Shown piece after piece: positions 14,828 to 26,210 of a stretch of 64,000 bases of DNA. Under the pieces are notes generated by a model. The model saw only the letters and a list, made by a program, of their open reading frames with translations, did no database searches and was not told where the DNA came from. Each line of letters opens with the position of its first letter. Position 1 is the first letter of the stretch. This stretch comes from Azolla caroliniana (Eukaryota > Plantae > Polypodiophyta): positions 2,356,001-2,420,000 of the forward strand of contig JBHGNT010000004.1 of NCBI GenBank assembly GCA_043228905.1. Direction: 5' to 3'. The position numbers were made by a program, and so were the translations under genes.

Positions 14828-14926
14828 TGTGTCCGTGTCCGTGCCCGTGCCCGTGTCTGTGTTCGTGTTCGTGTTCGTGTCCGTGTCCGTGACACGTGTG
14901 TGTGTGTGTGTGTTTGTGTCCATGTC

Positions 14927-15009
<83 letters not shown>

Positions 15010-15027
15010 CTGTGTCCGTGTTCGCGT
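14828..15027. repeat. Hexamer microsatellite (GTTCGT/GTCCGT)n with an internal (GT)n tract
   Basis: Directly visible. It accounts for the RVRV, TNTN and CSCS ORFs in the track. Confidence 0.95.
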
Positions 15028-16061
15028 CCCTACATACATACATATACATATATCTCTTTTTCGAGTAAACATCACTGACAACCTTCCACAAACCAAGAAG
15101 ATGCACATATGAAGGAAGCGGCAAATATCAATCAAATGATAAAAGTGGGAACAATTTGCTACATGTGATGATCATGTTGTGCGCCTAGTTTGTTTGTTGC
15201 CACCGCCTTTCAGACACCCATATGAAGCGGTGACAATAGAATAGTTGGTGAACATGAACTAATTCATTCTCCGTGAATGGTTGGCTCATTGTGTTCTTTC
15301 ACTTTTCAAGATTAAATCTAAAAATCCATTTATTCATTAGAAAGCCATTTGATGGACTTAAAATTCCGTAGAGCAAATCATGGATTAATTGATGAGCTAT
15401 CCCATTGAAATAATAATGGGTTGATTAGTCCGGTATTTTATCTAACTACTTTGTGGTCGATTGATAAACAATTCTTCTAGCCATGGAGTAAATTGTCCGC
15501 ATCCGCAAAGAAACAATCAATGGAGCTCCAAAGGCCAAAAGGCTTAGAAAGACATGGCCCAAACGCGGATCAGAAGCCAACGGTCACAGTCCCAAATGGC
15601 GGGGTAGGCTGCCCAAATGAAATCCTTACCCTTTGTGTCGCCATGACCATGACCATGTCCATATCCATGTCCCATGTCCCATGTCCCCGGTCCTATGTCC
15701 TATGTCCTATGTCCTATGTCCATGACCCGAGGGTTCTTCTGCAGCTGCCGGTGTCGGCCCATCACCGGAGGTCTGGCTGGTTCTTCGCAGCCGACCAAGA
15801 GTTCCTGGCAGGGGCAGGGGCATGGCCATGGCAGGGTCTCTCTCCGTGGGAATGGGGGCTTCTCTGAATGGGAGGGAATGGGGTAGGAGGGGCATCCATC
15901 AGTACATCCAAAGTATATATATATATATATACATGTGTGTGTGTGTGTGTGTGTGATGATTGCTTTGCAGTGTACTTGATTTCTAAGCCTGCAGGGTGAT
16001 TGATTGATGGATTGATTGATTGATGGATTGATTGATTGGTTTGGGTCTGAGGAGAGGAGAC

Positions 16062-18206
16062 ATGGCGGACTCGATCCTGAAGGAATCCGTTGTCTCGACA
16101 TCTCAGGAGCGACTCTTGAAACTGATCCCTGCCTTCCAACACAACAAACTTCCATCTCCATCTCCATCTCCATCTCCATCTCCTCTTAGCCTCAAACTCT
16201 GTGGAAGCAGTGGAGAATCAGAAGCAGAAGCAGAAGCAGAACAGGATCGTGGGCAACAGAATAGCAGAGCTTTCCGCTTGCAACATCCTTTAGAGTTTGT
16301 TTCGCCCGAAACAGAAGTAGAAGAAGAGGAGGAGGAGGAGGAGGAGGAAGAAGAAGAAGAAGTGCCAAGAGAAGTGGAAGAAGAACCAGAACCAAAAGAG
16401 GTGGAAGAATCTGAAGAATTATGTGAAGAAACAGAACACCCAGAAGAAATTGAAGACGAAACAGAACTCTCGGAAGAAGCAGAAAAAGAAACAGAACACC
16501 CAGAAGAAGTAGAAGAAGAAACAGAACACCCTGAAGAAGTAGAAGAAGAAGAAGAAGAAGAAGAAGAGCCAGAAGAAGTAGAAGGAAGAAGAAGAAGTGG
16601 TGCTTTGGATGATAGTTACGATCCAGCATTCGAGAGTGACAGATCGAGATCTATTTCACCATATCGTCGTAATCGTTCTTGGGAAGCTTCGGGTGACCTA
16701 TTCAACTCTCGAATCATCACACAATCTCAAGATGTAGCAGATATAGAAGCCTTTCAAAAACATTCAATGGCAATCCCTTTTGGTATGTTTGCGTCCGCTC
16801 GATCTTCCATGTTTCATCTTGTGAATAATAGTAGTAAGTTTCAAGATCCGGAAAAGAAATCCAGGGATGATGGTCGTGTAAGAGAAGGAAGGGAACAACA
16901 CGAGGTGAAAAGATCTTTCTTTGTCAAGGGCCGAAAGAGAAATGCGTCTGAGAGGGATGAAGAAGAAGACTACACGTACATAGAATCTAGGCATGACATA
17001 TCTGAGAAAACCAGTAGATTTATCGTGAATGGCCGTGGAAAAGAAGAAGCAAGACCTTTTCGAAGAAGTAATGATGCCCTTGTCCGCCAACTTCTTCTTG
17101 AGAGGCACAATGTGATAAATTTAGATTCAGACAATGTACAAAATGATGGTCGTCTTCTCTATAATAACATCGAAAGACATAATGTGGTAAATTTGGGTTT
17201 GGATACTGCTCATAATGATGATGATATAATAAATCTAGATTTAAAAACTCCACCATATTCTAAATGTCTTGCTCATGAGACTGTTGCCAGATGCAACATG
17301 CACAATCTAGATTCGGAAACTGTTCGAAATGATGGTCTTCTTGTCCATAAGAATTTCAATAGGAATCATGTGGTGGATCTAGATCCGGAAAATGCTCTAG
17401 ATGATTGCAATCTTGATCACAGTCATGTTGAAAGGCATAATGAGGTAAATCCAGCTTCAGAAATTGCTCAAGGTGATGATATTATTGTTCGCAATCATAT
17501 TGGAAGGCATAATGTGGTAGATGTAGATTCAATGCCTGCTCGAAATAATGATGACATTCTCCTTCTTGAGCATCTCAATAGAGATCTACATCCAATCAGT
17601 GTCCCTGACAATGATCTTGAAAGGCATAAATGTAATGTTATAGACCGAGATTCAACACCCGAGAAGGTACCTGGTAAAGTAATTGGATTTTCAGCAGCTA
17701 CTGGTATAACCTCATTATCGAACTGCTTTAAATCTTTGACTGCTGCTTCTACATTGACCATGAAGAATTTAAGAGAATTTATGCAAGGTAAAGATGAAGA
17801 GAATGATCATAACAAGAGGGAAGTGGAATCAACAAAGAAAGCATTGGTAAGCTCATCAGTTGAACAAATTCATGAGAGAGAGAAGATAAATGTATCTACC
17901 AGCTCATTAGGGCAAGCTATAGTAAATGAGTCTTCATCAATTGTAGAGGGAAATTTATCAGAGGAAAAATCATTGGATATAAAAGTAGAGAATGTGGATA
18001 TTGTTGAGACTGGTGCAATGGATACAGACATTTTAAAGCTCATTCCTGCTACTGTAAGGGATGTGGTGATGCATTCTTCTGGCCACCTCTCTCCTCCAAT
18101 GCCCCATGATCCCGATTTACTTAGTGTTGTCATTGGTACAGGAGTTTGTATACCTCTTCCCTTCCGAGATTGCACTGGTAAGTCTATGAGCAAGAGATTC
18201 TCGTAA
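16062..18206 (+). CDS. Uncharacterised, likely disordered acidic protein with Glu-rich repeats and a 24-aa repeat array
   Basis: Uninterrupted ORF of over 700 codons with a good-context ATG at 16062 (ACATGGCG). Contains poly-E and ETEHPEE(V/I)EE repeats and RHNV(I/V)xLDS repeats. A strong donor CTG|GTAAGT at about 18177 suggests possible further exons that I could not locate. Confidence 0.7.
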   Translation: MADSILKESVVSTSQERLLKLIPAFQHNKLPSPSPSPSPSPLSLKLCGSSGESEAEAEAEQDRGQQNSRAFRLQHPLEFVSPETEVEEEEEEEEEEEEEEVPREVEEEPEPKEVEESEELCEETEHPEEIEDETELSEEAEKETEHPEEVEEETEHPEEVEEEEEEEEEPEEVEGRRRSGALDDSYDPAFESDRSRSISPYRRNRSWEASGDLFNSRIITQSQDVADIEAFQKHSMAIPFGMFASARSSMFHLVNNSSKFQDPEKKSRDDGRVREGREQHEVKRSFFVKGRKRNASERDEEEDYTYIESRHDISEKTSRFIVNGRGKEEARPFRRSNDALVRQLLLERHNVINLDSDNVQNDGRLLYNNIERHNVVNLGLDTAHNDDDIINLDLKTPPYSKCLAHETVARCNMHNLDSETVRNDGLLVHKNFNRNHVVDLDPENALDDCNLDHSHVERHNEVNPASEIAQGDDIIVRNHIGRHNVVDVDSMPARNNDDILLLEHLNRDLHPISVPDNDLERHKCNVIDRDSTPEKVPGKVIGFSAATGITSLSNCFKSLTAASTLTMKNLREFMQGKDEENDHNKREVESTKKALVSSSVEQIHEREKINVSTSSLGQAIVNESSSIVEGNLSEEKSLDIKVENVDIVETGAMDTDILKLIPATVRDVVMHSSGHLSPPMPHDPDLLSVVIGTGVCIPLPFRDCTGKSMSKRFS

Positions 18207-18974
18207 TATGGAGGCATTTTTGTTTGTCATCCCAGATACTTCGCTGCTTTTTAATGTATAGATTTCTAAATTCTCTTATTGGCTTTAAAAACCAGGTTGA
18301 TATCTACTTATGCCATGTTTTTGGTCAGTGACAAAATGTGTAAATTTGCACCAAAAGAGTAGAAATGAAGAATATTTTGAGAGTTTTTCATGACTTGGCC
18401 AACACCACTTTAAGAACTTTGTGGAAAGCTAAACTTAGAAGTAAAACTGGTGTGCTTCTGTTGAAGGTATAAAATTGGTCTATGTTCACAAAGAGCTCTT
18501 CATATGAATGCAGATTGTGATTACTAACTCTTCCTGTTCTATAATTTAAGTATTACGACATGCATACAAGATAATGCCAAAAATGTTTCTTTATAAACTT
18601 TGAGTGAGTTGTAGGTCTTCTTACTATAACTTAATTAGTCCATCTTGTGTTTTAGTTTGAGGGTGCCGTGTACTAGGTGTACTATTGACAATTTCTTTGT
18701 GATTTATTTTTTAGAGGAATGAGTGGTTTTTGTATGTAACAATATAGGTTTTGTTTCTTTGATGTCTATGAGTAAATGCTATAGATTATGGCTCCCAAGT
18801 TCTCAAATGGTATACATGCGTAAAGTTCAAAAGTAATTTTAAGGTCAATCCTCCAGTATATCACTCAGCCTGCTTGTCAAAGAATCGTGACAAAGTTCTG
18901 CCCAACGAAAGCTTCAATTATAGGAAAACAAGGGTCATAAATCACGGGTATTAAAGGCTCTATGTGCAAGAAAA

Positions 18975-19520
18975 TGTAATGGTAGTTTTATGCTAATGTA
19001 CAAATTGAACATGCTAATTTTTTCTAATGTCATTTTGATGTGAATGCTATATTTTTTGTACTACTCAAGCATGTTACTCTTTTCATTTTTAATGTGAATC
19101 TTCTTCACACATATTGTGACATGATCAAAAGATTTTGTGTGAATTTAGATAAAGTTGAAAAAAGCTACAACGGTAACAGTTAGTTTTATGCTAATGTACA
19201 ATTTGAAAATGTAATGTTAGTTTTTTATGCCAATGTTACATGTACAAATTTGAACATGCTAATTTTCTCTAATGTCATTTTGATGTGAATGCTATATTTT
19301 TTATACTACTAAAACATGTTACGCTTTTCATTTTTAATGTGAACCTTCTTCTCACATATTGTGAAATGATCAAAAGATTTTGAGTGATTTTAGAGATAAT
19401 GTTGAGAAAAGCTACAACGTCAACAGTTTAGAAAAATATGGACGTTGGACTATGGACTAGCATGGATTGAATCTAAATCTTGCCATTTTTAATGTGAATC
19501 TTCTTCTCACATATTGGGAC
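18975..19520. repeat. Local tandem duplications (about 250-bp unit plus partial copies)
   Basis: TTGAACATGCTAATTTT...CTAATGTCATTTTGATGTGAATGCTATATTTTTT...AAAAGCTACAACG occurs near 19004 and 19250; CATTTTTAATGTGAA(T/C)CTTCTTC occurs three times. Confidence 0.75.
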
Positions 19521-20446
19521 ACATTCATAGGATTTTGAGAGACTTTAGAGATAAGATTGAGAAAAATATGGATCTTGGTCTATGCACTAGCATCTTTGAC
19601 TGCAACAATCATATAATTTTTGTTGAAGAAAATAGGAGTAATTTTGTCGAACTTGTAAATACTCTATATCTCAATCTCTTTTTGGCCCAAAGAGAAAATG
19701 AATTCACCAACCAATTTACAATCCTCAAGGGTAAGAGCCCTGGATCAATTACATCCTTATAAACATCAATTGCTCATCTCATCTACATCATATTCATTTT
19801 AGAATATCTCAGAAACTGCAAGCTCTCATATTTTCTACAGAAATCTTCATTTGCATCGTCACAATACACTTTACACTTGCAATTACTCCTTTAAGCCAGC
19901 AGCTTTGATGAAATGTAAAATACCTGAAACATGCAAGCGAAACAATAAATTACCTACATTTATAACTTACGTCACCTTATGTGGAGATTCTTTAAATATT
20001 GAAGAATTGCTTGAGTTGTTGCCTGGAGCAGAGCACACTAAAGAAAGCTATCATTAAGGAATTGCACTAAATTAATTGTTTGTTTGTGATGGAAAAGAGA
20101 GGATTAAATAAATCTTTCCACTTACAAGCTACTGATACCCAACTTAAAAGATCTTCTTTCACACCTTTCATGTTCCTAACTAAAACTAGTTTATCATAGA
20201 AGATGACATCAATCAAAAGCACTAGAACACTTGCATCTTATAAACAGCATTTACATACTTGAATGTGGTGGGTTCAGAAATCCATAATATATATACATGG
20301 AAGACATAAAAAATGCCTCTTCAAATAATTTTTGCGATTATTCAAAGTTTTTACCTTAACACACTCAAACCAACCTAACCAAAAAACAGTCCTCAAAATT
20401 CCTCATTTTCATTTTCGACGAATTCCCTATTGCTGTGAATGACATG

Positions 20447-22619
20447 TTATGCATGAAATCTTTTCAGAAGAACTATCGCAAAGACAAGCATGGCGAGCGC
20501 CATGGAAGACTTAAGAGTACTTTCAACAGGATCATCTGTTCGAGACGGATCCTTTGATGATGGCTCCCATCCTTTACTAGAAACACCAAATATACTTCTT
20601 ATAATTCGGCAAATCTCCTCTTGCACTTTAAAAGCTATTTGTTTTGAACTGCCAACAATTGAGTGCACTGCATCTGCCAGTGCAGTTACCCAATCATGCT
20701 TGTCATGATGTGATACCTCCTCGGATACAATCACAGACTCCTCCTTGCTCGAGCCTATAGATAATTAAGAAATAAAGACTCACAAATCATTACCAATAAT
20801 GAACTTAAATTGCTCAAATCCAATCGGAAGAATAACGAGGGGTCGGGAAATTTCTTTCTCATATGTGAGGACAAACCTTGCAATAGCCGTTTGACCAAAT
20901 ACTATATAAAGAGTAACGAGGGGTAGGAATTTTCTTTTTTGTATCCAAGGACAAACCTTGCAATAGCTGCTTCAACTCTTGCACTTTTTCGTTCTTCATC
21001 ATTGCATGCCATACATCTGGATCAGAAACAATAGATATCACCGCTCCCTACACACCCAAGGACAACCAAGAACAATGAAGCATAGGTAACAAAACATCTA
21101 TGTTTCACATCAAAATGATTATGCTCGAATGTTCCTTAACATGTGAGTCACATTGTAAGAAATGTTAAAAGATTTATGAAAGAATGCACCATAAACATGT
21201 GGGTCACTTTGTAGCAAATGTTGCTAACATGTGGGTCACATTGTAGCAAAAATGATTATAAAATAACCATACCTCAGCTCACCTTAACATGTGGGTCACT
21301 TTGTAGTAAATGAAATGCCTCGTGCACTGGATGTCTCGGGACTTGAATAGAACCACATTCAGCCATGTATCGAGGCTCAATCCAATCTGTGGCTCTGGAA
21401 ATCAAATTATCTCCTTCATAGCTACTCTCTGTTGGGCTACCACATTGTGAACCACTAGTGGCATTGGACATATCTGAAATACGGGCCCTGTAACGAACCG
21501 TAGACCAAAGGTTCATCGTTATAATGAGAATTAAGCACAAATAGTCTGTTGTAATTCGAACCATACATGTACACATATTCTATATACATGCACGTACATA
21601 ATATCTATAGAGCTCATATCATATCACGTCAAGGGAAAGAATTGTGCCTAACCTTCATGAAATGGTATATCATATCAAACTACATTGTGGATCAAGGTTC
21701 CAATGAAAATAATATGGGTCAAATGGCTATATTTGAAGCTTTATGAAACTTTCTAGATATTTTTTATGTGTAAAGGTTTTCAACTGATTCTTTAATAAAT
21801 TCAAAAACGATATTTAAAGAATTCAGTTGCTAGAACAAGCTAATCATTTAAATATAGTGAGTCCTTGTGGTAGATCATCAAGATTCAAACCACAGTTTAG
21901 AAAGTGATAAGATCTACACAATTATATAAAAAGCCAAAGAAGTGTGCATCAGTAGAATAAGTGCTCACGCTGAGATGGCCATTTCGAGCTCATAAGTAGC
22001 TTCTTGTGCTTCTTCAAGCGTGGGAGGGATGCCAAACACATAAGGCCAACCACATGAACCTGAAGCTAATGTCAATGGGTTTATATCTCCTGCCAAAGAA
22101 GATGAAGGTGAAGATGGAACTCCCACATAAGGATGACGATTGGCAGACATTTCGGCAAATTCCCAGTCTTCCTCTTCAAACTCGGACACTTGAAGTGGAT
22201 GACCCTCTAAAATGCAAAGGTTGTTTTTGCCAAAAACAAACAAATAAATGGTCATTATTCTTCTTCTCTTTGTCAGCTAAAATTCGTGATATAATCTATA
22301 TCATATCTACCTATCTATATGATGTATTTATTTCAATTCTGTGTATCAAAGTTGATAATAGTTTTTTACCCTACTAGGAATCAATAATGGAATCAAGACA
22401 TCAACCTCTCTCACCTGAGTTTATTTCTTGTTGTTGTAGCATGGTGGCATGGTGGCATGATGAAGAGCGTAAGGAATGATGAGTTGCTTGGCTTGCACCC
22501 CCACATGCCGAACAAAAGGCGGTGGAGGCTGCACCGCATGTAACAGGATTGGCTCCTGCAGCAGGTCCAGCTGCACGCGCAACTGTACGTAGAAGCATAC
22601 CGGCTCCTCCAATGTTCAT
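20447..22619 (-). CDS. Conserved uncharacterised plant protein (resembles the UCP012943 family) with a C-terminal hydrophobic anchor
   Basis: Exons about 22619-22415, 22206-21969, 21487-21283, 21047-20957, 20754-20447. Motifs EDWEFA, VFGIPPTLEEAQEA, DWIEP, AFHLLQSDPHVK|GAVISIVSDPDVWHAMMKNEKV and tail SSMALAMLVFAIVLLKR. Family name is recalled, not searched. Confidence 0.78.
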
Positions 22620-25600
22620 ATCTTCTTACACGTGTGTGGAAGAATTTGGACTAGGTTGGCAGCTTAATGAAACCCTATCAATGTTAATGACATATTAACC
22701 TACTGAAACCATATCAATCTTAATGACACATTAATGATATCTATTTTTTGAGCCCACTGATTAATCCCATCCCTCTTAAAAGTAAACGCTCCTTAATACT
22801 ATCCCTCTTAAAGGTGAACACTCATAAAGTCATCCCTCTAGCACCCATTAACCCTATCCATTTTCGAATTAGAATTGATTAAAACCCAAAGTATATATGA
22901 GCATCTCATTAAACATAGCTAGAAATCTTAGCAACAATCCATCAGCTCAACAGTCAAAGGAATCTTAACATTCCATTATGAAAACACCTTCAGAACCCAT
23001 CAATGATTAAAACAATTACAGTCCATTAATAATAGACATTTCTGGAACCCATTAATCAAAAGCTTAATCCATTAGCCATACACATGATCTATAACTCATT
23101 TCAAAACACATTATCTATCTACCTATATAACCCTTTAACCGCATATCGTTTGAACTCAGGTCAAATGACATTCTAATCGTCTCTTACTAGAAACCATTCA
23201 GTTAATCACACACATATTTAGAACACGTTTTGATCACATTCTATTCATCTCTATCTCTATAGAAACCATAAATCAAAAGAGATTTTACCACATTAACACT
23301 CGTTAAAGCAGAGAAACCCTTACCAGTTCATTAACCATATACATCTTTAAATTAATTTCGAATCTATTCATCTCTCTCGATAGAGCCCATTGATAGAAAG
23401 AAATGTTAAGACGTCATTCAACAAAGAACATTTTAGAACTCACAAATGCAAAGAAACCCATTCACAACATACATCTTTAGAACTCATTTCAAATCAATTT
23501 CTATTCATTTCTCTCCCTACAACCCATTGATCAAAAGAAACGTTAAGAATTCATCAAGCAAAAGGACAAAGCAAAGAAACCTTTCATAAAAACGCATTGA
23601 ACACATATGTACATGTTTCGAACCCGCGGTCCCGAATCTCGCTCCCTCTCTAGGGGAGTTCGCGAGAAAGAAAGAAAGAAATGAAGGAAGGAAGGAAGGA
23701 AGGAAGGAAGGAAGGAAGGAAGAAGCAATTACCTGTCGTTACGCCACTATGTCACACACAGTCGAGCAGCATAAAACCGCAGCAAAGTTCCTAAAACAAT
23801 CGCCTTCCTGAAATAGAAGCACAGAAGATCAAATGATATATCATATATGTACATATGTTATTCTTTATCCAAAACTAACGCTATATATATGTATGTAATG
23901 GGGGTATAGATAAAGATAGAGGAGGATAGGATATGGCAAGAGCCTCGCACTTGGCCTTTCAATGACATTAAGGTTTGTTCCTTGGGTTTTTTTTTGCTCC
24001 CAGGTGTAGCTTCTAATGCTAGGGTTTAGTAAACCCAAAGCAAACATGTGCACGATCCAATGTGGGTGTTCTAGATGATCGATAATCTCTCGAATCCAAT
24101 GATACAATCGTGTGGAAATAGAGCACCTAGAGCCTTAAATCCGAATACATTAGTTGGTTACTTACTCGTGGTTAATGATGGATGTGGTCGGGTATGTCAC
24201 GAGAAGGATATGAATGTCCATGATCGGGTGGACAGACACTCGGTAGACAACCGCTTGCCATCAATGGCCACGCCTTTCGCCGTCGTGAGACACACATTTG
24301 ATTTTGAAAGTGATTAGGGTTTTGTTTTTGTCATTAGGGCATGCTAGGGAAATAGCACGACATGAATCCTGATGTCTATGTTGGGCTACTAGACATTCTC
24401 CAAAAGGCCAATTCTCCAAATAGAGTGAATTATGGGGAGAACATGATACAATTACTTGTTACATAATTTCTCTTCTCCCTGAATCTCCATGCCTTGATGT
24501 TTCTAGTGTAATCTATGTATACTGGTATGATATGGGTTTCCACACCAAGTTATTGTCTTTCACTAACTATCCCCCTCATGTTTGTGCCTTGGTTCGTGCA
24601 ATGTGTGCACGAAGAGAAAATATCATACATTAACTTTATGAAGAGTTTATATGCCTTACACCCATTGTTCAAGGTTAAAGTTTGGAATAGTAAATTTGCT
24701 TATATTGTAGAATTTCCATAGGACTCATAAATTTGTAGCTTGCAAGAACATATAACGTGCTCTATGATGTATGACGATGTTATTACAATGAAAGGTTCGA
24801 AATGGATGGTGCCCATTGTGAGGAAAACTTTGGTGACCTATCTTTACTTCATTAAGGTTTAAAATTACAATGTACACTTCTTTGTTGCCGCCATGATGTT
24901 GATTTTTCATTGATGTACAATATAAGCATTGAATCTAAGCTCATAGAACTTGTCCTTGTTTGATATTTACTCGTGTTTCATATGATTTATAACCACCCAT
25001 GTGGACGCTATGTAACTAAACAAATGACCACTTCGTAAAGTACAAACAAACACATAGATGGTGTTATGGCAATGTGTAAGGATCATCACCATGTAAGCAT
25101 ACTTCCATATACACCAAGAGAGTGATAAAATCTATGAACAGAATATGCAAGGGAGAAAGAAAACATATTACAATTTTTTTAAGCCTAAAGAGAAATATCA
25201 ATAGCCTTAACTCATTAATGTAAACATGAATTAAGGCTTACAAAAGTTAATAAAAGAATATATTATCCTCGTGCCATTAACCAACTAAGTATTGAGATGA
25301 AAAAACAGATCAAAATCTATATATAGTAAAAAATCATAACAATTAGTTTATGGGTGCCACATACATGAAAAATCCAATTACTTAAGAAAAAGGAAAGAAA
25401 GAGGAGAACGATTCTCCACTCACTTGACTCTTGAATTGAGAAGAGTATCACCTCCATATTCATGCAAGAAAAAAACCAACAAAATCAACAAAATCAACAT
25501 AGATGGCTCTAATACCAAATATCATGATCATGTACCAATTAAGAAATTAGATATAAAGGTTAAAGAAAAACAGATCAAGAGTACTTATCCACACCAAACC

Positions 25601-26210
25601 ATCCTCAAGCATAGAAAAATGAGACAAACACAAAACTCTATCATTGTCCCATGCCAAAGAGATGATAGATCCAAACCATGAGAACTTTGCCCCTCACCAA
25701 AAAAGTACAAAGTTTTACACTACCTCTAAGATATCATGTCCATGGAGAAAGCTAGCCTTAGGTTTCCAAAACACGACGGGTTGCCATGTGTCATAGATCC
25801 TTATGGGTTGTCTCAAGTCCAAGGAAAACTAGTTTTCCACCTACCCTATCCTTTAAAAGTGGCCCTAAGTTTATCCCAGTGAAAAAACCCAAATGGTTCT
25901 AACAAATGCGTGGAAAGCTATAGTAAATTACCAACTTGAGACCATAAACATTTTTACAATAAATTGATCTATGATTCCCAAATGGTTATTACTAGACAAA
26001 CTTGTAAGCATATTGTTTTCATGGGGCAAACAATTCTTTTTTTTTAAGATAACAATAATGAGATATAGTTAAATGTTTTGAACATCCTCTTTTACTTTGG
26101 CAACTGTAGTAAACAAAATTATAATTGCTTTTCTATTTCCTTTCTTGTTTGCATTGGAGTGATGGATTTTTATTAAAAGAATTGGGCATAGAACAAAAAT
26201 GGAGAGCATA

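Noticed and set aside
14501-15135. ORFs with RVRV, TRTR, TNTN and CSCS repeats
   Set aside because: Translations of a stop-free hexamer microsatellite.
24400-24950. Possible highly decayed LINE RT on the minus strand
   Set aside because: Only faint motif echoes with no continuous frame; cannot be supported without TBLASTN.
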